Source: Desulfobacteraceae bacterium (GTDB lineage: Bacteria > Desulfobacterota > Desulfobacteria > Desulfobacterales > Desulfosarcinaceae). From it: a stretch of DNA of 42,443 nt. Shown here one piece after another: positions 17,793 through 26,359 of this stretch. The stretch is taken from NCBI GenBank assembly GCA_027025615.1, contig JALVQM010000166.1, forward strand, positions 1 to 42,443. The letters run 5' to 3'. A program made the position numbers and the translations under genes. Below the pieces are notes generated by a model that ran no database searches, was not told the DNA's origin, and saw only the letters and a program-made list of their open reading frames with translations. Numbering within the stretch: position 1 is the stretch's first letter; the number at the start of each line of letters is the position of its first letter.

Positions 17793-19457
17793 TCAGGCCG
17801 CCAAACGCAAGGCCTGCTCGGTTGCCTTGCGAATTTCATTTGGTGTAAAGGGCTTTGGCAAATAGTCTACAACACCCAACCTGGCTGCCTCCACCGCGGT
17901 TTCGATGCTGGCATAACCGGTTATCATGATAACTTTGGATTCGGGCCTGCGATTGCGAATCGTTTCCAACAGCTCGAGCCCTTTTACGCCGGGAATACGC
18001 AAATCCAATATTATCAACTGGTATGACTGGCTGTCCAGTTTAGCCAGGGCTTCATCCTTGGCCGTTGCCTGATCCACGACATATCCTTTTTTGGCCAGAA
18101 TCTTTCGGATATTGTTGTTTACAGAAACTTCATCGTCAATCACCAGGATTTTGTATTCAGCCTGTCCTCCATCCAGTTTCCTGAACCTTTCGGTAGCAGA
18201 TAACCGCTTGTTTTCGCTTTCATAACTGTCCTTCAGCTGCTCATAATATACCTGAACCACGCCATCGTGCTGCAGGATGCCCAGATAGTCTTTGCCGGTC
18301 ACAGCTGCGACTTCATCGTATTGAAAAGGCATATCAGGGCTGATAAAGCGCTTGGCATCAAATCCTGTAGCAACCTTGGCTTTTTTCTTCTTGGCCAGAC
18401 GCGGGCATTTCTCGGTTTTTATCCCGGCTTTACAGGTTGCCCCGAGCTTCTTGAAAATATCACAAACCTGGTTGCCCACAGCGCAAAAACCTTCAAGATC
18501 ATCTGAAACCGTTATCTCCACTGCGGGTATATCTGATCGGCCAAGCTGGCGTGCATACTGTCTGCCGGTCACCTTTTCAACCTCGTAACTGTCAAAAGGC
18601 GAATCCACGTCTATCTTAGCCCTTTGTTCAAGTCGGGCCAGATTTTGCTTCAATTCTTCATAGGTGGGCACTACCACACCGTCTGAACGCATGTAAGTAA
18701 TATACTCAGGACCGGTTACCGCAACGACCTCATCATATTCAAAAGGCTGATCAATACCTATTAATTTTTTGCTGTCGAAGGATTTTTTTCTTTTGCTGGA
18801 TGCTGCTTTCTTCTTGGCCTTCTGAGGGCACTTGGCGTTTTTAACGCCGGCTTTACAGGTCGATCCAAGTTTTTTGAAAATATCGCAAACCATCTGGCCC
18901 ACTTCACAAAACCCAGCCAGGGGTTGATCTGATTTTACCTCCACCACCGGCATATCCGAAGGACCAAGAGTTTTTGCGTAGGCTTCTCCTGTCTGCCTGG
19001 ATACCTCTTCAATTTCAAAGGGAATATCAACATCGATTACGTCAATGGCCTCTCTTTCAGCCTCGGAAATTTTAGCTTCCACCAGTTTGCCTGCCAGGGC
19101 CTTTTCTACAGTTTCCCGTAATTCTGCAGGAGTAAAAGGTTTGGGAAGATAATCAAGTGCTCCCAAGCGTATGGTCTTCAGGGCAGTATCGGTCGAAGCA
19201 AAGGCGGTCATCATCACAACCTTGGTAAGGGGCCACTGCTTTTTTACCAGTTTGAGCAACTCCACCCCGTTCATACCGGGCATGACTATATCGGAAATCA
19301 TAAGTGAAAAAGTTTCCTTGGCCATTTTTTCCAGAGCATCCTTGGCGCTCAGGGCATGGGTTACCTTGTAGTTATTCTTGCCGAGAATCTTTTCCACATT
19401 TTTGCAAATACCTACTTCGTCATCAATTACGATTATCTTAGCCGAATTCTCCATCAT
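17793..19457 (-). CDS. Orphan double-receiver response regulator: REC, two Cys4 modules of unknown family, then REC
   Basis: aa 7-120 and 435-550 are CheY-like (IDDE..., SDIVMPGMNG / LDLRIPGVKG, DYLPKPFTP in both). The middle part is an internal duplication with no output domain I recognise. Confidence 0.8.
   Translation of the reverse strand: MMENSAKIIVIDDEVGICKNVEKILGKNNYKVTHALSAKDALEKMAKETFSLMISDIVMPGMNGVELLKLVKKQWPLTKVVMMTAFASTDTALKTIRLGALDYLPKPFTPAELRETVEKALAGKLVEAKISEAEREAIDVIDVDIPFEIEEVSRQTGEAYAKTLGPSDMPVVEVKSDQPLAGFCEVGQMVCDIFKKLGSTCKAGVKNAKCPQKAKKKAASSKRKKSFDSKKLIGIDQPFEYDEVVAVTGPEYITYMRSDGVVVPTYEELKQNLARLEQRAKIDVDSPFDSYEVEKVTGRQYARQLGRSDIPAVEITVSDDLEGFCAVGNQVCDIFKKLGATCKAGIKTEKCPRLAKKKKAKVATGFDAKRFISPDMPFQYDEVAAVTGKDYLGILQHDGVVQVYYEQLKDSYESENKRLSATERFRKLDGGQAEYKILVIDDEVSVNNNIRKILAKKGYVVDQATAKDEALAKLDSQSYQLIILDLRIPGVKGLELLETIRNRRPESKVIMITGYASIETAVEAARLGVVDYLPKPFTPNEIRKATEQALRLAA
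18231..19037 (-). repeat. Tandem intragenic duplication encoding two modules of about 130 aa
   Basis: aa 141-270 and aa 282-409 align throughout at roughly half identical residues by eye (IDVDIPFEIEEV.. / IDVDSPFDSYEV..). Each contains GFCxVGxxVCDIFKKLGxTCKAGxKxxKCP (C-x6-C-x9-C-x8-CP) and a Lys-rich linker. Confidence 0.85.
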
Positions 19458-19555
19458 CGCTCCCTTCTAACTTCGTTGCTCAACAAGGCTGCGCCGGCAA
19501 CTTCATATTTAACTTTTTTCAAATGTTTCAAGATTAATTTCATTACCAACCCTTT

Positions 19556-19571
19556 ATCAAATAACGTGCCA
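19556..19571 (-). promoter_or_regulatory. Candidate sigma54 (-24/-12) promoter for the double-receiver gene
   Basis: The minus strand reads TTGGCAC-GTTAT-TTGAT. The -24 TGGCAC and the spacing are perfect, but the -12 element is TTGA instead of TTGC. It lies about 100 nt upstream of ATG 19457. Confidence 0.35.
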
Positions 19572-19644
19572 ATTGCTACAGACAATACATTTTGCTGTTT
19601 TTACAGGTAGTTATTTATAAAGGGCTTATGTGATTGCCCAGGAG

Positions 19645-19665
19645 GTGTATAATTTTATTATACAC
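19645..19665. promoter_or_regulatory. Perfect inverted repeat GTGTATAAT-TTT-ATTATACAC (candidate activator or operator site)
   Basis: 9-bp arms with a 3-bp spacer, about 80 bp upstream of the sigma54-like element. Related TTATAC boxes recur at 19704-19712 and 19767-19779. Confidence 0.4.
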
Positions 19666-19766
19666 TTTCCATAACCGGAAGTGACCTATTTGCTGGATTA
19701 GATTTATTATACTTGGATTAAGCGTATAATATTACAGGGTGTTAACTGATTTGAGTATATTTTTTT

Positions 19767-19779
19767 TATACACTGTATA
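19767..19779. promoter_or_regulatory. Palindrome TATACA-C-TGTATA sharing the TTATACAC box
   Basis: Read directly from the sequence. It lies about 200 bp upstream of the sigma54-like element. Confidence 0.35.
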
Positions 19780-20040
19780 TTGATTTTACGATCTTATCAG
19801 TGATGCCGTCTCCTAAAAGTAAGATTCAGGAATTGATGCCGAAACAATTCCCATTTTCCAAATAGGGGTTGGGTCCTTTCCAGGCCTTCGGTTTCTTTCT
19901 TACTCAGCGTAGGAGTTGAATCAATGTTACACACTGCTTTTTAGCAATATTTCTTCTATGTTGATCGCTATGAACAGCCATATCGACTCTGATTGTGTAT
20001 TTATCGGCTTTACCTTTTTCCCGCTGAATATTCACAATGC

Positions 20041-20066
20041 AGGCGCCGCGCTGACGCCCGGCGCCT
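20041..20066. other. Isolated GC-rich hairpin in AT-rich spacer
   Basis: AGGCGCCG(CG-CTGA-CG-CC)CGGCGCCT: 8 perfect outer base pairs plus 2 inner pairs. There is no flanking U-tract on either strand. Confidence 0.5.
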
Positions 20067-20213
20067 GAAACTCGTTGTGGCAGATCATTTCGGCTTGAAA
20101 GACATCAAGGGCTGGAAAATCATCACAAAGAACTATTATTTTATTCTTGTCGTAGGAACTATTCAGCCGTTCTTGCCTGGAAGACAAAATCCATATACGG
20201 ATGTCACGTAAAT

Positions 20214-20561
20214 TTATACTGTTAAAAGCTTTTCTTCATTTGTTAAAATTTCTGTCAAGGGAAGCCCCCAATACCTGACTTCAATGCCCAGTTCTTCCAA
20301 CGTTTGGGTAACTTCCAATTGATCTGCACATGCTTTACAGGCGGTTACCAGCACACCTGCCTCCTGAGCCTCCCTGATCATTTCCTGAATATCCCTGTTT
20401 TCACCAACCAATTTTGCAGTTGCACCCCAAATGATAATGGTAACCTTCTCCCACCAACCTTGAAGGAGAGAATTGACTGCATACATAAACACCATTTTTT
20501 CTGCTGTAATAACATTATCATTGGTCCATAATAAATACAGGTGTGTTTTCTTGGATTCCAT
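20214..20561 (-). CDS. DsrE/DsrF-like (DrsE_2-type) sulfur-relay family protein
   Basis: LYLLWTNDN..., IIIWGATAKL, VLVTACKACAD. ATG 20561 follows GGGGGAG. The tracked start at 20597 has no Shine-Dalgarno sequence. Confidence 0.65.
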   Translation of the reverse strand: MESKKTHLYLLWTNDNVITAEKMVFMYAVNSLLQGWWEKVTIIIWGATAKLVGENRDIQEMIREAQEAGVLVTACKACADQLEVTQTLEELGIEVRYWGLPLTEILTNEEKLLTV

Positions 20562-20728
20562 CAATCTCCCCCGATTCTTTGAGGTTACCGTGGCCAACTC
20601 ATGCCGCTAAATACAAGGTTTTCTGTAAACTCAAGGGGATAGAGGTATGCCCCCATCAATACCTGGTTCAGCACCAGGGACTTAATTGACTTCATTTTAT
20701 TATAAAAATATTTGCGCCACTCCATATT

Positions 20729-22456
20729 TTAAGAAATACCGTAACGTTTCATTTTACGCCACAGGGTTGTCCGATCCATTCCCAGTGCCCTGGCAGTTTT
20801 ACCACGATGGCCTCCATGGTCTTTCAAAGCACAGCTGATTTTCCGGGCTTCACCATCCATCTGATTGCTTCCCCGTCCAGGCCTGTTAGCCGACTGTCTG
20901 CCTGTCTGCAGGTAGCCCGGCAAATGCTCAGGTCTGATTGTGCTGGAAGTACACAAAATCAATGCATGTTCAATAATGTTCTCCAGCTCCCTGATGTTGC
21001 CCGGGTAATCGAAGTTGAGCAGAATTTTCATTGCAGAGGCAGACACCTTCGGCAAGCGTCGTCCCTTAAGGGCGCACAGTTTACGCAATACGTGGCTTAT
21101 CAACAATGGCAGATCCCCCCTGCGGGCCGTCAGGGGCGGCAATTCAATCCTTACAACGTTTAAACGATAGTATAGATCTTCACGAAACTGATGATCTGCT
21201 ACAAGTTTATCCAGTTGGCGATTGGTAGCAGAAAGAATACGAACATCGACCTTCTTGGTACGATGACTTCCAAGAGGATAGAATTCCCGGTCTTCAATCA
21301 CGCGCAGAAGTTTGGCCTGCAGGGCAAGTGGAAGGTCACCTATTTCATCCAAAAAAATTGTTCCGCCATGGGCTTCGTCAAAACGACCCGGCTTGTCCCT
21401 GTCTGCACCGGTGAAAGCGCCCTTTACGTAACCGAAAATTTCGGACTCGAGTAAGTTGTCAGGTATGGCAGCGCAATTAACTTTCACAAACGGTTTATGA
21501 GCCCTGTGACTGGAGGCGTGAATCACTTTTGCGAGCAAATCCTTTCCTGTTCCGGTCGGGCCTTCAATAAGAACGGTAGCATCACTGGATGAAACCATTG
21601 ACACAATTTTAAATATCTTTTGCATGGCAGGACTCTTACCGATCATGTCCCGGAAGGTGTACCGGTTCTCCATGGCCTGGTGTAACTGATGCAGCAAGGT
21701 CAAGTCCCGGAAAGTGGCAAGACCACCAATGGTTACACCTTTCTCGTTGCGCAGGGCCATGTAACGAATCTGGATTGGAATGGCGGCTCCCTTTTCGTCT
21801 ATTATGCTTCCATGCTGGCTTTGTCTTGACTTTCCATCTTTAATGGTTTTCTGCAAAAGACGCAGGTCATCTGCCTGAGGTTTTTCAAAAAGCACGGCGC
21901 ATGATCGACCAAGGAGGCGTTTGCGGTTGTAACCGGTAATCTGCTCTGCGGCTGTGTTAAAAAAAGTTATCAATCCTCCACGGTTAACCGTAAAAACGCC
22001 GATGTCCAGGCTGTCAAGAATGTTTTTCAGTTTGCTTTCTTCGTGATGAAGGCGTTCGATTAGATCCGATATGGGGGAATGATCCTGCAAGATTGTCAAA
22101 CATCCGGCCAGGTTACCATTGTCATCATAAATTGGAGTGGCCAATCTGGTTATCCAATAGGTGACCTCGTGTTCATCAGTAACCGCGACGTCAGGTTCTA
22201 CAACCGTCGTGTCACCAGAATTTGCAAGCACGCAACGGCTGAGGCAGGGCACACCGGTAAATATCTCACGACAATCACGCCCCACCACTTCGCCGGCCTG
22301 CATCCCTATCAAACCCTGGGCGTTCAAGTTAATGTCAATTATGGAATGCTCCCGGTCAACGGTAAAAGCGCCAATGGTCAGCTCATCGAGTACTTCCAGC
22401 CACTGACCACACTTAAGCATGGCTGAGGATGATTTTTCAGTGAAATTTTTCAACAT
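20729..22456 (-). CDS. Sigma54-dependent transcriptional activator: PAS-PAS-AAA+-HTH with no receiver domain
   Basis: Walker [15 protein letters not shown] loop ([15 protein letters not shown]), Walker B IFLDEIGD, and a C-terminal Fis-type HTH ([22 protein letters not shown]). Two PAS-like segments sit N-terminally. Confidence 0.9.
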   Translation of the reverse strand: MLKNFTEKSSSAMLKCGQWLEVLDELTIGAFTVDREHSIIDINLNAQGLIGMQAGEVVGRDCREIFTGVPCLSRCVLANSGDTTVVEPDVAVTDEHEVTYWITRLATPIYDDNGNLAGCLTILQDHSPISDLIERLHHEESKLKNILDSLDIGVFTVNRGGLITFFNTAAEQITGYNRKRLLGRSCAVLFEKPQADDLRLLQKTIKDGKSRQSQHGSIIDEKGAAIPIQIRYMALRNEKGVTIGGLATFRDLTLLHQLHQAMENRYTFRDMIGKSPAMQKIFKIVSMVSSSDATVLIEGPTGTGKDLLAKVIHASSHRAHKPFVKVNCAAIPDNLLESEIFGYVKGAFTGADRDKPGRFDEAHGGTIFLDEIGDLPLALQAKLLRVIEDREFYPLGSHRTKKVDVRILSATNRQLDKLVADHQFREDLYYRLNVVRIELPPLTARRGDLPLLISHVLRKLCALKGRRLPKVSASAMKILLNFDYPGNIRELENIIEHALILCTSSTIRPEHLPGYLQTGRQSANRPGRGSNQMDGEARKISCALKDHGGHRGKTARALGMDRTTLWRKMKRYGIS

Positions 22457-22462
22457 TATCTT

Positions 22463-24016
22463 TCAGCTTTCATGGACAGGGAGTTTGATTACAAACTTAG
22501 TCCCTTGACCGACCTTGCTCATGACGTCAATGCTCCCTCCATGATTGGCGATTATACCATAGGTTATCGCCAGCCCGAGTCCAAGGCCGTTGCCTTCTTG
22601 CTTGGTGGTAAAAAACGGTTCAAAAATATGGTCCAGGTGCTCAGAATCGATTCCTGTTCCCGTATCTTCCACAGCTATACAGATATTGTTACTTGCATTG
22701 TCCTGAGAGGCGGCAATGATAATTTTACCACCTTGTTCCATGGCGTCAATAGCGTTGAAAACTAGGTTGATCACGCATTGCTGCAATTGGTTGGCGTCAC
22801 CGTATACAGGTGGAAGGTTGCCCCCGAAATCAGTATCCAGTTCAATCTTTGACAGCTCCAAGCGATGCCGGCTCAACAGCAGGCACTGTTCGAGCAATTC
22901 AGCCACATTGACTTTTTCTTTATGGATATCAGACTTTCGTGAAAAGGTGAGCAGGCCAGAAACTATTTCAGCACACCTGGCCGTTTCCTTTTCAACTATT
23001 TCAAGATAGCGTTTAAATTTTTGCCCCTGTCCTGAACCGTCTGGCTGGCGTCCCAAAATTTTCAACATCAAACGGACATAATTGAGAATGGCTGAAAGGG
23101 GATTGTTGATTTCATGGGCTACACTTGCGGCCAATCTGCCAAGAGAAAGCATCTTGTCTTGATGAAGCAACCGGGCCTGATCCGCCATTTCCTGCTGGAG
23201 ACGATGTATCACCCTCAAGTCACGAACAAAACAGACCATACCCTGGGGCTGCTGTTCATCTTTGATATGACTCATGGATAGTTGGACGGGGACAGGATGG
23301 CCGGAACGATCCAGCATCCAGGTATCGTACAATAAAAGTCGATCGACTCCGCCGTACTTTTGACCGGCGAGATCACGGCGCAAGCGTTTTTCTTCTTCGG
23401 AGCTGAAAAAATCAGACAGGTGCATGTGGCTTATCGCCTGGCTACGTGAATAACCCAACAATGCCTCAATGCTTGCGTTAAAAGTCACAACTACCTCATC
23501 AGAATCAAAGCCCAGAATACCATCCATCGAACTTTCGATAAGATTTTGCTGGTACTTGTGTGTTTCCAGCAGCTCCTTGGATGCGCGAGACCAGCCCTCT
23601 TCAAGAAAACGTGTATAATCCTTTATTTTTTTTCTGTTTTCAAAACGCTCCCGGGCCCTTTCTATTGCTATCATCAGGGCATTGGCGCTTATCGGCTTGG
23701 TTATGAAATCTGATGCATCCAGCTTAAGTGCTTCTACCGCAAAATCCAGATCGGCATGGCCTGTGACAACAATCACTTCTATCTCAGGCCATTTCTTTTT
23801 TACCTGTGCCAGCACATCAAGGCCGGACAATCCTGGCATCCTGATGTCTGTAAGAATAATGTGGGGCTGGAAATTGGCTGTCTTATCAAGCCCAGTATTC
23901 CCGCTGTTCGCTGTTTCGACGTGAAACCCTGCATCGGCCAAGGCAATTGCGGCTACCTCGGCAACGTCAACATCATCATCGATTACAAGCGCCCGCCAGG
24001 TGAAATTGTCTTCCAT
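22463..24016 (-). CDS. Histidine kinase with an N-terminal receiver: REC-PAS-HisKA-HATPase
   Basis: ALVIDDDVD...[10 protein letters not shown] receiver, H-box [11 protein letters not shown] box [10 protein letters not shown], and G boxes DTGTGI and [12 protein letters not shown] 24016 follows AAGGGAGA. Confidence 0.85.
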   Translation of the reverse strand: MEDNFTWRALVIDDDVDVAEVAAIALADAGFHVETANSGNTGLDKTANFQPHIILTDIRMPGLSGLDVLAQVKKKWPEIEVIVVTGHADLDFAVEALKLDASDFITKPISANALMIAIERARERFENRKKIKDYTRFLEEGWSRASKELLETHKYQQNLIESSMDGILGFDSDEVVVTFNASIEALLGYSRSQAISHMHLSDFFSSEEEKRLRRDLAGQKYGGVDRLLLYDTWMLDRSGHPVPVQLSMSHIKDEQQPQGMVCFVRDLRVIHRLQQEMADQARLLHQDKMLSLGRLAASVAHEINNPLSAILNYVRLMLKILGRQPDGSGQGQKFKRYLEIVEKETARCAEIVSGLLTFSRKSDIHKEKVNVAELLEQCLLLSRHRLELSKIELDTDFGGNLPPVYGDANQLQQCVINLVFNAIDAMEQGGKIIIAASQDNASNNICIAVEDTGTGIDSEHLDHIFEPFFTTKQEGNGLGLGLAITYGIIANHGGSIDVMSKVGQGTKFVIKLPVHES

Positions 24017-24148
24017 GTTAACGATCTCCCTTGTTGGAGGCAGACAATGGCGATGATCAATTATTGACAAGTATAGGATAGGCAAGTGCCCAGGTCAATC
24101 GCATTGCCGGGCCATTCAATACCAGACTATTAATCAACTCTGCTCGAA

Positions 24149-24173
24149 CTTGTGCTTGCAGTGTAAGCACAAG
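24149..24173. promoter_or_regulatory. Inverted repeat CTTGTGCTT-N7-AAGCACAAG in a divergent promoter region
   Basis: Perfect 9-bp arms, lying between the kinase start (24016, minus) and the MFS start (24248, plus). Confidence 0.35.
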
Positions 24174-24247
24174 ATGAATAAAATTCAGAAAACCTCCTGA
24201 AACGTATATCGGGAAACAGCAATACTGTGACAGCAAAGGAGCATGCA

Positions 24248-25534
24248 ATGAAAAAGGGTAAATTAGGGGTATCGCCTTTCAGGTATCGCTGGCTGGTTTT
24301 CGGGCTGCTGGCAACCGGTTATCTCCTGGTATACTTTCACCGGACTTCCCCGGCGGTTGTAGCCGAAGATATGATGAGGGATTTAAATGCCGATGCTGCT
24401 TTGCTTGGTTTACTGGGATCAGCTTATTTTTATCCGTATGCCATTATGCAATTGCCGGCCGGCCTGTTGTCTGACTCCTGGGGACCGCGCAACACCATAA
24501 CTTTTTTCTTTGTCCTGGCCGGGGTGGCTTCAATTTTATTCGGACTGGCATCATCGGCGGGTCTGGCCATCGCTGCCCGTTGCCTGGTAGGCCTGGGTGT
24601 GGCAATGCTTTTTGTCCCAACAATGAAAGTGTTGACACGTTGGTTCCGGAAAACCGAGTTTGCAAGAATGACCGGTATCCTTATGGCAATTGGCGGAACC
24701 GGAGTTCTGATAGCGGCTGAACCCCTGGCCTGGATGAGCAACAGCCTGGGGTGGAGAGGCAGTTTCATAGCAATCGGCATTGCCACCCTGTTATTGGCTG
24801 CCTTTATCTGGTTCTTGGTACGCAATAGTCCACAAGAATTGGGTTTTTCAGCGGTGGAACCCGAAAACGAAAATGGAAACCCGAACACCGGAAGAGTAAA
24901 ACTATCCCAGGGTGTTAAAATAGTGCTTGGCAAGCGTTCATTCTGGCCAATTGCTGTCTGGTTCTTTTTTACTAGCGGTATTTTCTTCAGTTTCGGAGGC
25001 TTGTGGGGTGGGCCTTTTTTGCAACAGGTATACGGATTGAGCAAACAGCAGGCTGGATCAATTCTAAACATGCTGGCCGTAGCCATGATAGTGGGCAGCC
25101 CTTCATTGAGCCTGCTTTCCGACAAGTTACTCCGCGCCCGCAAACCATTGATGCTTGGATGTTCAATACTTATGGTTTTACTGACATCTATACTGGCTTT
25201 CAAACCAGCTTGTATGACCCGCCCATTTTTGTATGTGTTTTGTTTTTTCCTGAGTGTCGGCTCTTCGGCCATAGTAGTAATTGCCTTCAGTTCTACAAAA
25301 GAACTGTTCCCCATGGAAATAGCAGGCACAGCAGTAGGGTTGGTCAATTTTTTCCCATTTTTTGGAGGGGCTGTAATGATGCCTGTTTTAGGCAAAGTTC
25401 TTGATACGATGAATCCGGGTGGAAAGATTTTTTCGGCGGCCATGTATGGAAAGGCCTTCGCCCTTTTATTTGTTGGGGCAATCATTGCCCTGGCGGCCGC
25501 TTTTTTAATGGAAGAAACCCATCCTGACAATTGA
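24248..25534 (+). CDS. MFS transporter
   Basis: About 12 hydrophobic spans, with a GLLSDSWGPR motif after TM2. ATG 24248 follows AAAGGAG. Confidence 0.85.
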   Translation: MKKGKLGVSPFRYRWLVFGLLATGYLLVYFHRTSPAVVAEDMMRDLNADAALLGLLGSAYFYPYAIMQLPAGLLSDSWGPRNTITFFFVLAGVASILFGLASSAGLAIAARCLVGLGVAMLFVPTMKVLTRWFRKTEFARMTGILMAIGGTGVLIAAEPLAWMSNSLGWRGSFIAIGIATLLLAAFIWFLVRNSPQELGFSAVEPENENGNPNTGRVKLSQGVKIVLGKRSFWPIAVWFFFTSGIFFSFGGLWGGPFLQQVYGLSKQQAGSILNMLAVAMIVGSPSLSLLSDKLLRARKPLMLGCSILMVLLTSILAFKPACMTRPFLYVFCFFLSVGSSAIVVIAFSSTKELFPMEIAGTAVGLVNFFPFFGGAVMMPVLGKVLDTMNPGGKIFSAAMYGKAFALLFVGAIIALAAAFLMEETHPDN

Positions 25535-25658
25535 CAGACAGCCGGTTCGGAAAACAACCAGCGGCCGGGTGCAATATTCTCCATGCATGTTTAAAAGCCA
25601 TTGAGAATAAATATAATTTTGAGCTTACTATTTTTAAGCAAAATTATCAGGATCAATT

Positions 25659-26276
25659 ATGAACCCTTTAACTTTGGCGATGCTGTGGGCGTTATGGTGC
25701 ACGCTTCACAGTCTTTTGATCGCACCCGGTGTGAAACTCAAAATGACCGCTATCCTGAAAAAAAGAATGCGGTTCTACAGGTTGTTTTATAACATTTTTT
25801 CTATAGTCACGGCTGCCCCGCTTGTATACTTGGGCCTTTGGCGCAGTGAACCTGTTATATTCGCCTGGCAGAACGGTTTGCGTTTTTTGCAATTACTGAT
25901 GCTCATCCTGGCCGGTTATCTTTTTATCGCCGGTGCCAGAAACTACGACGGTCCAAGTATGCTTGGCCTGCGGCAAATTTATGAAGGCGACCATTGCACG
26001 CAAGACGCCAAACATTGTCAGCTTGAAAAAAAGGGTATTCTTGGAATCATTCGCCACCCCTGGTATACAGGTGGTATAATTTTGGTCTGGGCACGTGATA
26101 TTGATACTGCCGGGCTGGCTGTAAACATTGTATTGTCCGTTTATCTCATGCTGGGAGCCTGGTTTGAAGAACGAAAGCTGACATCTCAATTTGGTGAATC
26201 CTACCGACAATACCAGAGGCAAGTATCGGCATTTATCCCGTTTAAATGGTTGATTACGCGATTGGGTAAAAAATGA
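25659..26276 (+). CDS. Membrane methyltransferase-like protein (ICMT/PEMT/NnrU-like)
   Basis: Several TM segments and GILGIIRHPWYTGGIILVW...EERKL..FGESYRQYQ, the RHPxY...E signature of the family. Confidence 0.6.
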   Translation: MNPLTLAMLWALWCTLHSLLIAPGVKLKMTAILKKRMRFYRLFYNIFSIVTAAPLVYLGLWRSEPVIFAWQNGLRFLQLLMLILAGYLFIAGARNYDGPSMLGLRQIYEGDHCTQDAKHCQLEKKGILGIIRHPWYTGGIILVWARDIDTAGLAVNIVLSVYLMLGAWFEERKLTSQFGESYRQYQRQVSAFIPFKWLITRLGKK

Positions 26277-26359
26277 TTAAATAAGTTTTGTATTCAGATT
26301 CGAAACACTTTAGATTTAAGCAGTTAAAATACAAGTACTTTGACTAGCGGGGTGACAGA

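Noticed and set aside
19900-20160. A possible second selenoprotein or small gene on the minus strand: ...NKIIVLCDDFPALDVFQAEMICHNEFQAPGVSAAPAL-TGA-IFSGKKVKPINTQ...
   Set aside because: It has only a TTG start and no Shine-Dalgarno sequence. I recognise no family. The strong hairpin lies upstream of the TGA rather than downstream, so it cannot act as a bacterial SECIS. No stem-loop follows the TGA.
19993-20211. Tracked 72-aa plus-strand ORF in the DsrE/double-receiver spacer.
   Set aside because: It has a non-ATG start, no Shine-Dalgarno sequence and an Arg/Tyr/Leu-biased composition. It spans the GC hairpin. Nothing supports it as coding.
20598-20728. Sigma54 promoter or terminator candidates between the activator and DsrE-like genes: TGGCGC-N5-TTTTT, and the hairpin CCTGGT-N5-ACCAGG.
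   Set aside because: The -12 GC is entirely absent. The hairpin has only 6 bp and no U-tract. Neither is supportable.
24430-25584. A 384-aa minus-strand ORF, the longest unassigned ORF in the track.
   Set aside because: It is fully antisense to the MFS transporter gene. Its translation is Pro/Arg/Ala/Lys-rich with no motifs, while the plus-strand product has clear transmembrane periodicity and an MFS loop motif. It is a shadow ORF. The same reasoning applies to 490..1131 and 1132..2073 (antisense to the GalT-like gene), 3813..4334 (antisense to selD), 7659..8297, 27302..27856 and 33490..34155.
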